Assembly (NCBI GenBank): GCA_965649765.1
Contig: OZ287756.1
Span: 21,142,001 to 21,206,000 of the forward strand
Reading direction: 5' to 3'
DNA from: Bispira polyomma
Taxonomy: Eukaryota
Length of the DNA stretch: 64,000 bases
This document shows positions 42,501 to 54,500 of the stretch, one piece after another. The notes under the pieces were generated by a model. That model saw only the letters and a list, made by a program, of their open reading frames with translations. It was not told where the DNA came from and ran no database searches. The first letter of the stretch is position 1; the number at the start of each line of letters is the position of its first letter. The position numbers were made by a program, and so were the translations under genes.

Positions 42501-45500
42501 TTTTTATATTGCATAGATAGTTGTCTATCGTGCCTATTGTTCGTTAACTGGAAATTTTAACTAGAAATTCATAATTTTTGAGTAATTCACTCGAATAGAT
42601 TTTTACTATTGCCTATTTGTTGTAGTTAAAATATTAATACAATTCCAAAATTCAACTTGGAATATATTTAATTCTCCCAAATATAAAAAATTAATTCTTA
42701 GTGAAAGTTACCATTTATGCAGTATATCGTAACATGTTGCTATTTAAACCAATTAGACCCAACATATACTTGTCAATTGTATATTGAATGGCCTGTTGAA
42801 TCAATAGTTATTACAGGTCAAGTATAAATATAAAAGATATACAATACACTCATGATCAAAAAGTACTTGCTTACATGGTCACAGTTTATTTCACTGTAAA
42901 GTCAATACTCTAATAACAACACAAGTCCTATTGCTATTAAAAAGCTAAATATCGTCTGCTAAAGCTTAAAAAGGCCCCAAACTCTTGTTACAAATGTGTT
43001 TGTACCCTTTGCTGTTGTTTCTTTGCTTTGATTTGTTTCTCTTTACATTTGATAGATCTGTGGTTATGGTGGTAAATACATAACATAACACGGGCTAATT
43101 TAAACCATTAGGTTCTCTAACGGCAATTAATGGACATCCTTCAAACTGACAAGGTTAATGTGTTATTGCTTATATATCCCCTTGTCACAGCCGCAAACTA
43201 CAACTAATGGTGTAGCTGTATTTCATTGTGATGTGCCTCAAACTATTTTTTTGTTATTACTCTTTTCAATGGTTGCAATGATATACCAATATATTTTGGT
43301 AATTTGTTCTTTCAATACAATGGTTTTATATATCAAATAACAAAGTAAGTAACACGGTTGCTTAGGATTTTGCAGGATATGGTTTAGATCCCAGACTTAG
43401 GGTTACAGGTACAATAGATACATCTTGTGGTTTTAGGTTATTACGTAAATTAATGACGCGGCCATCCAACTGTCTTTGAATTCTGTTCCCAATGGCAGTC
43501 TAAAGAATTTTGGTTACATTGATAAATGGTCATCTGTAAGCCTCTAACTTCTCTTAATTGGAACATTCCAAATAATGGTGAATAGCTATTTGAATATTAG
43601 ATACAATACATTGCCAAACTGACAGCAATACAATCCAATCCTCATCCCAGAATGGATAATGCTATAACATATGTTGTCATCAAAAGGAAATTGTTTTTAT
43701 TTTCTAACTAAGAACGTTGTCCCCAGTCATCATTATGGGATTATCAGGGGGTAAACCAGGGATTATCCAATCACCAGACAAAGTACCTTAACCACTAGGC
43801 CACTGGATATCACATTTCTTCAAACAAATGTAAATAGTCCATATTTCATTAAAAATTATTAATGATATCTCGCAATGCCAAATATTAAAAAAGTGATAAG
43901 AAATGCTGAGATCTGTTGCAAACATGTTGCAAAAACATGTAATGCATTCTTCCTTAAGTGAAAACAAAACCTCTTTAACTATATCAACATTTTAGTCTGA
44001 GTGAAGTCTACATATATAAATACAGAAAAATTTTAAATTGGAATAAACAATAATATTTAAAATCTATATATTATCATTGTCAAACTTTTTAATAATAGAT
44101 AATTCTAAGCTGCTGGGTTAACTGATAATCAGAATCCAAAAATCATAATTGATGAAATGTAAAAAAGTCAACTCTGAGAGATCAACTGATCCGGGAAACA
44201 GCTATAAAAGGAATGCATAAAACATATATTTTTTTTAATCTGTGGCAGAGGAACGTGAGGTAGGAAATGTTCTGATTTAATGAGGTGAACTATTTACACA
44301 TAGGTGGGGCCATCAAAGGCAAAACTTTTATCAAAATGAACTTTTTCTATAAATTAAATCGACTAACTAGGAAGCACATTTAGAAGCAAACTACTTACTT
44401 TGTCAAAACTGGATGTGTATACATTGTATTTTTAATGCACCATTTTGATGCGAGGCATTTTATAAAGCGCAGCGCAAAAAAGAAATCAATTGACCAAAAG
44501 ATAAGTAAAAAAACATAACCAAGTCATAAGGGAGGATGTGGGGGTGTACAGGAAGGTAACTAAGCAAGTTTTAAGAGATACGTTTTAAATTGTCTCCTAA
44601 GAACAAAAAGGGTATCTAATGATCTAAGCTCAACTCGGAGAAAATTCCATTACCTAGGGGCTGATATTGAGAAAGCTCTAAATCAAACCGTCTTGGTGGG
44701 TTTAACAGAGGAAAGCACATTTATAAATCTTATTCTTTTAAAATACCAGACAGTATGGCTTAATTAACAGGGAGGCTTATTAAAGATTAGGATCAGGTCA
44801 TACACCAAATGAAAGTATAAAATAAATGCTTTTTACCATGCAGACAATAAGTTCGCCTGTTTATTGTATTGTGATTGATTTGTTTGCATTAGATTATTCA
44901 AATACTTATCATTAATATCCAAATACCTAACAATAATATCCAAAGTAATGTATACAAGGGAAGCTTGTACAAGAATTATCTCTCAATTACTTATCATGTT
45001 TGTATTTAAGTGTATTATAAGGTGTGTGTTGTGGGGGTTTTTTCTTTGTAACAAATGCCAGACTTGTGGTTCAATAAAAATAAAGAATTATTTGTCAATA
45101 AGGGTAAAAAATATTCATGTTTTGAAAAGTTTTGTACATCTACACAAAATTTCATATTTAAAAAGTATATATTTATCACTTATAGCTTGTTGGAAACCAT
45201 TGTTTGCAAATTTGTATCTCCAGTTCATCCTTCTTGTCTGTAGGGAGTCTCATAGTAAATTTCTATGTCTAACATATGAACTGAACTAAAAATGTTCTCT
45301 GTCATTCAATGTGCATCAGTAGTATGGTTTTCAAGATACCCACTTAACTAAAAATGATCTTGTTGTAACTAAAAAATATCTGGAACAATGAGTGTTACCT
45401 ACATTGTATAAAATTAAATGCAAATGGAGTTGGAATCTTTTTCAATAATAAGTTTGAATATAATGTTCTTAGTTGTAAAAAATATGCCCCAAATATGGCT

Positions 45501-48500
45501 AAACCAGAATATTTTGTGGATATCCACGCTTTACTGGATAATAACACCACTGATTACACCATTATCTGTGGTGACTTTAACCATGTATTAAACCCTGATA
45601 TAGACAGTCATAACTACAAGAATATCAATAACCCCAAAACGCGACAAACAGTTATCAAAACCATGAATGACTTTAGCACAATAGTTGCATTTAGATCATT
45701 TCACCCAGAAGAAAAAAGATACTCATGGAGAAAGAAAAGTCCAAATTAAGCAAGCAAGGTTAGACTATTTTTTAAGTATCAAGTATTATGACTGATATTA
45801 TTGACAGCTGTAATGTTCGACCTAGCTACAGATCTGATCATTCTATAGCAGATAAAAGATCTTGATATAATATTAAATAAATCTGGGAAAGGGGTATGGA
45901 TAATTAATGTTGGCTTACTGAAAAAGTACTTAACTATGATTAACAGAATAATAGATGATGAGAAATACAAATATGCCCTTCCTGTGTATAGTCTTAAAGA
46001 CTATAATAAAAGCACTGACCCAAAACCGGGATTTTACCACAGAACAAGATGTATTATTAAAATTGCTTTACTGTAGAATAAGAGGGGCAACCATTAAATT
46101 TGCATAAAATCTTCGAAAAGATAACAATAAAAAAGAAAAGAAACTTATCAAGGATATAGAAAATATTGAATCACAAGAGAGAGTGCTTTCACACCTTTTA
46201 TTTATCCTTTTTCATTAAAAACAAGATTTAGAACACTTAAGAGCAGAAAAAATAAAGGGACAAATGATAAGATCACGAATGGCAATGAAGGTAAAAGGCC
46301 AACTCAATTTTTCTATAAACTAGAAATTAAAATTTTGTAGAGAAAACAATTTAAAAAAAAATGGAACTGACTGATAGCCCAATCGTAACAAAACAACACG
46401 AAATATTGGTTTACAGGAAGAAATTCTACATAAACTTTAGCAAAAAGAAATCTTAATGATATTGACCTTCCTTCCTTTTGATGAATATGAATATTCCCAA
46501 TATAGACTTAGGTTGTGCTGTATGGTTGAAGAAACTAGTGAGGTTTTAAAGTTAATGAAGAACAACAAAACACAGGTCTACATGACATTCCAGCAGACTT
46601 TTTTAAAGCATCTTGGTTTAAGCTGAAACTTTATTTTAAAATGAAATAAATGCCTGTTTTCTGAAATGAAGGTTATCTACCACACTGCAACATTGCATAA
46701 TAACGTGTTTACCTAAAGGTAATAAAGACAGAAAGCTTTTGAAAAACTAGAGGCCAATATCTCTTTTGTGTACAACATATAAACTGGCATCTTCAATAAT
46801 AGCAAATAAGATTAAACCAAATTTGGACTCAATTATCTCCAGATCACAAACAGGTTTTTTGTCATGCAGATTCATAAAAGAAGATACCAGATCGATGTAT
46901 GATATAACATTATTCAGAGAAAAAAAAGATATCTGGACTTTTAATGGCCATTGATTTTTAGAATTTTAAGCTTTTGACTCAGTCTCGTGGAATTTTTTGT
47001 ATGATGCTCTAAAATTGTTTGGTTTTAATGCTACACTGATTAACTGGATCAAATTCTTTAACAAGAATATTACAGCTAGGATATAACAGTGTCGTTTTCT
47101 GTCTGAACTAATAGCAATAGAAAGAGGATGTCAGCAGGGAGATCCAATCTCCCCTTACCTATTTATAAATGTCGCAGAGGTTTTAAAAATTTAAAACAAT
47201 TTAAATGCTGATATTACCGGCTTAAAAATTGGTCAAACAGTGTATAAGATAACACAGTTCGCACATGACACAATCATTATTTTTGATGATAGTAGGGATT
47301 CCTTGCAGGCAACATTGAATGTACTGGAGATTCATGGTTCCTTGTCAGGTCTTAGGATGAATACAGAGAGGCGCAAGTGATTTTCAAAAGAAAAATTAAA
47401 TGTATCTGTTCAACTAGATTGGGGAAGTACAGGTTTCAGTTTATTAGGACATGATGTTTTTTTCAGTAAATCTAGAACAGATTCCTCTGCTTAACTATTC
47501 TAAGGTTCTCAATAGAGCTGAAGTATTATTAAAAATTGGAATTCGAGATACCTAACTCCATTGGGTAAAATAGCAATCATAAAGAATTTGATTGTTTCTA
47601 AATTTAACCACCTCTTTATACTAGCACCTAGAGATATATTGCAGAGTATAAAAAAAGAACTGCATGGCTTTTTATGGAATAAAAAAATAGATCAAATTAA
47701 TAGACAGGATATATGTGAAAATGGGCCAAACATAGAAACACATAGTGGGAGATATTGTGAGCTCAGAAGGACGTTTACTTGTTACGAATGATTTAACTCA
47801 CACCTATGATATTGATCTGAATATTTTAGAATTTTTAGAATAGGGTCTGTACTAAAAACATTTATTTCAGAAAATTTGAAAGAAAATAATTTTGTAGTAC
47901 ACAAACCACATCGGACATTCCATGTGTGCAACCCCTCTTTAACAAGAAAACAGGCAGTAAGATATATTATAACTGTATGATTTAAGCTAAAAGGAAAGCG
48001 TCGACAAAGTGAGAGTTAAAATAGGAAGGGAAAATGAGCTGTGTATTAAATGACAAAATGTTGCATTTAATTTATAAGATTTGCTTTAAAACAATTAAAC
48101 ATAATTCTGTCATATGGTTCCAATACAAAATTTTGTTAAATATACTTGGAACACGGGATTACCTTTTTCAAATCAAGATGTAAGAAACCAACAATTGTCG
48201 CCTTTGTGGTCAACACGTAGAAACTACTAGACATCTGTTTGTGAGTGTAAGCTGACACAAGAATTATGGTATAATCCTATAATTTGAATTAAAAATAAAA
48301 TAAAATTTGAATTACGTATTTGTGATAGAATTAAAATGTTTGAATACTTTATACAGGATGAAAATTATAAACCATTGAATTTTTATACTTCTTTTAACGA
48401 AAAAAATTTTCTTCTGGTGTGCACACACGAACATCCCTTTACATCTTGAAGAAGTAATAAAAAATGAATATTTGGAACAAGAATACTTGGCTAAAATAAA

Positions 48501-51500
48501 ATAAAATTATAATAGCTTCAAAAAGGTATGGGAGAGATGGAATAATCTATGGCTAAACCTGTAAAAATTTTAATTTAAATACTGATGTATGCACTATGTT
48601 CTTCCTATTTTAGGTCCAGGTTGTTAAAGCTATTTTGTTTACTTAAAGGTTAAAAATATCTAATTATCATATGGAGTCAAATATTGAGTTCCATTAGTTT
48701 ATTTGTCACCAGGATTACACATAAAAAATCAACTAAAATCAACACATGAAAATTGGTGGGGGAAAATGTAGGCTATGGGCTTTATGATTTGTTTGGCAGA
48801 GATTGTGCACTGTGCGAAGTGGCAATATCAATTCAAAACTTTTAATCTGCTTCACATACACCATTTAGCTTGCTTACCCCTAGCATAAGACCCACAATAC
48901 GGATTACTGCTTATCTTTTCAAAAATTCTATCTTGTTTCTCTTGTATTGTAGATATTCAAGAGCTCCTGTTCCATTGATGTTGCCAATTTTCCGTTTGAC
49001 AGTCAAACATGTAACCTGTGGTTTGGTTCTTGGACTCACACGTAAGTATGACTTTGTGTCTCAATGAGGACAGATTTAATTAGTAGAGGAAACCAACACG
49101 CCTTCATAATCTAGAATAATTACTCAACTCTGAACTACCGATCTAAGGGATTTCAGAAAATGTCCCTTCTGAAACTTGTCCAGATAAATTTTACAGATGG
49201 TAACAGATGAATTTAGGCATTACTGGCACGGAAGACTTGTAGTAGTGATACGGGCTTATTCAGAAACCCTCCGAATTATTTTTCACCTTTCCATGCCCAA
49301 AACTTCTGCCTCGCTCAGCCAACTGTCGAAGGTTTAGTAAGAAAGCTGAAGTTTAGGGAAATTATGGAAAGGGTTCCTTGCCCTAAAAGTCATTTTTTTA
49401 AACCGTATTTTACCGCCTCCCCAAACAGTCAAAGTGATAATGCCACATAGGCGGTATTGTACTTCCTACACATATGAAACAGTGTAATTTGAAACATGGA
49501 GCATGTGCTACAAAGGTGATTTGTAAAAACTACTTATATTTCTTAAATGTTATATATTTGACTATAACCTAATAACCTTTCTCAGATGACAAAGAAGCTT
49601 TTCATAACAAATATATGGCTTAAATTCACTGCCAATTATCGGACAACTAATTTCTCAGATCTCCTTCAATTATGATATTTAAATATTATTGTTAGCAAAA
49701 AAACACCAATGTTGACAAGGTGCTTATTTTTAAGTTGAAGCGTATTTGGTTTCTTATTATCAGAAACAGCCAAAAATAAAGGCATTCATAATTGATCATC
49801 ATTCTCTTTTTAAATGTGTGCTTGGGTAATTACAAGCAGCCCCAATAGCTTTCCAGTCTTTCTGTTTTAACTATTGATGGGCCAGCACATATTTTTTTCA
49901 GGATGCCAACATCACTTGTCCTGTCATTGAGAAGGTGGGTTGTGAATTGTGGGTTTTTTGTTGGTTCATCTGGGAATCAATAGTTTCATATTTTTCTTAG
50001 CTCGTTTAAATGAGAAACTATATCCAAAAAACAAAAACAACAAACAATTCCTAAAAAATCACCTCCAAAAACGTCTTTGTAGTAATACTTTACTTCCCAC
50101 CTTAAACTCTCCTTCACCACAGATTGCACAAACCAGAATATACCACCCTTTTCCCAGACCATTTTACAATAACAAATTGACATGCTATGTGACACAGTAC
50201 AACTGACATACACAAGATATTAGACAAAACTATTCTATCAAACTTGGGGTAACGATATTGGAGAATGCCCATAGACTTCCTTTATGATTTCACTCCCAAC
50301 TAGGGAAATGGTGTGGTGATCAGATCCCCTTGTCACATCATAATGATCACAGCAGGATAATATCATAATGGTCTAGGGAGGATGAGATTACAATGGTTAT
50401 TGGAGGGTTATATAATAATGGTCTTAGGAGGATAACATAATAATGGTAATGAAAGGATAACATTATGATGGTCAAGGAAGAATAACACCATAATGATCAT
50501 AAGAGGATAACATTAGATTGGTCATGTGAGGATAACATCATAATGGTCATGTGAGGATAACATCATAATGGTCACCTGAGGATCACATCATAATGATTAT
50601 GGAGGATAATAATTTCCAGAATAAATGAACCAAACTGATGTGAGTGTCATTCTTGTTTGTTAATACTTCATTCATCCTCATTAATACTTAAGTACTTCAC
50701 GATTTGTGTTTCTTTGTGGTTCCAGCTTGAAGGACATAGACCTGAACCTGGCCTTCCCAGATGGTATAGACCTGAGTACATTTCAGAGTGACTACAAAGA
50801 CAGCTGTGAGTGGGAGATCATCTCCCCACAGGCAGAGAGGATGCTTCTCCCTGACAATGACCCTGACCCTGTGGCCGTGTTAGGGTTCACCTTGACCTTG
50901 GAGAGGAAGCTCGTCTTCTCCAGTTACATCCTCACTCTCCCCTGTGTTTTCCTAGCTTCCCTCACTATGGTTGTATTTTGGTTGCCTGCTGATAGACCAG
51001 ATAGAACCGGATTAGGTAAGTTGGGCTAATCAGATAAAACTGGAACAAACCAGATAAATGCTGATGTACAGTAGTACTAGCTTGGATGATATAAGTATGG
51101 GTGACAAACCAGATCAAATCAAATAAGGTGAGCCGCCAACTGAATGAAACTGACTAAACAAGACAATGGTATTATACATTAGTCCAAGGTAGGGTGGTAT
51201 ACTAAGTATAAAGTTAGCCATAGGAAGTGAATTCACAGATAGAACTGGAAAAGCTGAGTGACTAACCAGATGAAACTGGACTGAACCGGATACATGTATA
51301 TGCTCATGTAAACTGGTGCTTGGTAGCATGATATAATGATAGATGACAGACCAGAAGAGAACTGGACAAGGTGAATCACTAAATAGATAAAAGTGGACTA
51401 AACCACATAATAGTGGTGTATACTAGTCCTAGGTAGGGTGACATAAGTATAGATGACAGACCAGATACAACTGGAATAGACAAGATGGGTGCTGGTACTG

Positions 51501-54500
51501 TAGCACTAGGTGGCATATCATACTAACTATAAATTTAGCTGACGAAAGTGGTTGCCTGACACCAGAGCAGAAGAATGAGACTAGGTAAATCGCTGACAGA
51601 AAAAACTGATCGGTACCATGGTAGTAAGCTGCTGAAAATAATTTCATGTTTTAACTGTAAGAGAAACATAGCCCCTTATCCATCGTTAAAGAGAACAACC
51701 CTGCTAAAATTATGAATGTATTTTTTTTTATTTCTTATTTTTTGAGTTTCCTGCTCAAGTCTTATTGCCTACTAACACATTACACCAGTAAACCTTCTGA
51801 GGAGTGTGATATATCAGGCAGGTTTTCATTTAGCTGGTACAAGTTATATTACATGATATCTTGGACATGTACATTAAATTAGAAATTTAATACATACTAG
51901 ATGTAAACTACCAGTTAATGACATTATCTTACAATAGAATAATGTGTGTCTAAAAGAGACAGGTTGATAAAAAAAACTTTTAAAAGATTGTGCCATTTAA
52001 GAATAAAAACAGAGTGATTAAAAACAAAGTAAGTTAAGTGAAACAAAATTTAAGAGATTAAAGGGAAAGTTTGGATGGAAATGACATGTTACAGCTACAA
52101 TTATTATTTTTTATCAAATATCATCAGACATTAATCAAAATATTAAATTTTAAGCTCATCTAAAATTATCTATCTTGTTTCTCATTATTAAGGTATTTCA
52201 ATGTATTGGTGTTACTAGGATAACATTTTATAGAACCAATTAAATTTTTTTCTGTAAGACCTTTTTTACATAACTACCCATTCTGATTTCCTGCAGCAAT
52301 GGACTGCCCGTTGTTATATGACACAATATTTTGAAAGCGACATTAAACCCAAATTAATCTAATTTATTTAGTCAATATTTTACATGTCGATTTTTACTTG
52401 CAGCTATGAGTCTGTTTTCAAGCTTCCTGGTGTTACTGTTGATCCTGGTGGAAGCTGCCCCTCCTACTGCATCATCTGTCCCAATTCTTGGTAAGTTAGC
52501 TTGTGTATAACTGACTAGAATACCAACAAATAACACTAAACCGACTAGTATTCCAATACAATTGCACTAAACCGACTAGAATACCAACAAATGACACTAA
52601 ACCGACTAGTATTCCAATACAATGACACTAAACTGACCAGTATACCAATACAATGACACTAAACCGACTAGAATACCAACAAATAACACTAAACTGACTA
52701 GTATACCAACATAATGATACTAAACGGACTAGTATACCAACATAATGATACTAAACTGACTGGTATACCAAGATAATAACATCAAAGTGACTAGTGATCT
52801 AATGATATTAAATGGACTATGATACCCACAAAATAACATCAAACTGACTAGTATACCAACATAATGAGACTTAACTGACTATTATACCAACAGAATGACA
52901 TTAACCTAACTGGCATAAAGAATTGCATTGAGTACTAGTACACATTGACTAGTATGCCCACATAATGACATCAAAGTGATTAATATACACAATGACATTA
53001 AAGTGAGCAGTATACCACCAGAGTAACATGAGCTACTTTGTTGACCTACACTATGACCGTAAACTTACTGTGTTCTGTTTTTTCCCAGGAGTCTACTATT
53101 GTTTCAATATGGTTATCATAATGTGTTCCATCTTCCTGTCTTCAATTATCATCAATATCTACCGAGCTGGAGACAATAACAAGCCTGTGCCAAGATGGGT
53201 ACATGTTGTAAGTACAGTAATTCTAATTTAATTATTCTCCAAAAAATATGTTTTTACTCTCACAGAAATGGGTAAACTTATGTCATGAGTATATTATGCT
53301 GTAGCTACCATACACAATATGGCAATGTGGGCAATCAAAAGTCTTACCTCTGACCAGGATTATACAAACCCTAGTGCAATGATTTACAGTGCAATGATTT
53401 ACAGTGCAATGAAATTTTGTGGAGGGAAGATCCCTTTGAATTATAGAGTGCATCTGGTTTGTGAGGTTTCACAATTTTTTGGTTGTGCATAAACATAAAC
53501 ATAATAATTCTGTTTCAAATGCGCATAGCATCATTGATAAACTTTTATGCAAAACACATGCTTGTTAAAACAGTAGTTAATGTGAATTATGCCATTATAC
53601 TGAACATTAAAAATATTAAGCTTACACACAATGGAATTTACATTAAGATAAATGAAAATGGTAGACACATTTACCATTATCATACTGACAGAATATGTAA
53701 TATTAAACTTACACACAATGAAATTGACATTAAGATACATGAAAATGGTAGAAACATTTACAATTACCATGACAAAATATGTAAGCTTCATATTTGTAAT
53801 ACTGGAAATGGTAGATTAAGATTGACCATATTAACATATTAGGTATCTTTATCCGAAAAAAAAATCAGTGAGAAACATAGTAAGAAACACATTGCATATG
53901 TCAGTTCATGTTAGTTGATCAAGATTCTACGCTGTAAAACAGCGAGCATTGGCAATTAACTACCAAATTTCCCATTTAATGCCACGTCTGTGAATATAGA
54001 GGTGGTAGTCGAGTGTGTTAGCACTGCACCACTGAGGCCCCTTAATATATTGATAAATAAAGAACTATATTTACCTGTGCTGTATTAATAAATGATTCAG
54101 TTGGTCCCCATATATTTCAGCTTGTGGTTGTGGGACTCGGATATATATTATGTTTCCGAAAATGGAGACTCCACAAGAAGAATTCCCCAAAGCACCCGGA
54201 TCAATATATACCCGTCAGTACATATCAAAAGAAGAACTCCACACTGAACAATGCGTATTGTTCAAACTTCCAATATGCCAAACATTCTAGGGAGGAGGAG
54301 AAAGACGTGCAGCACACCGCCAACCAAGGCAGCCAAGAAACTACAGATGAAACCAGCATGTCCCAAGTATTTGACAAACAGTGGAAGAGACTGGACAAGC
54401 TGTTGATGGACCTCGTTAAGGCATTAGACAGGCTGGTGCACAAAGATGACGACATGGACAATAACGCCAGTGAACGTAAACAGAACGTGTCCGAATGGCG

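Noticed and set aside
52509-53020. CRISPR-like array (also 25260-25625 and 50335-50610)
   Set aside because: Units are contiguous with no unique spacers, the context is eukaryotic introns, and there are no cas genes
53483-53842. 119-aa ORF in intron F-G as an alternative exon
   Set aside because: Low-complexity product of a ~90-bp tandem duplication with no nAChR similarity
54225-54461. Antisense ORF of 78 aa
   Set aside because: Shadow of coding exon G on the opposite strand
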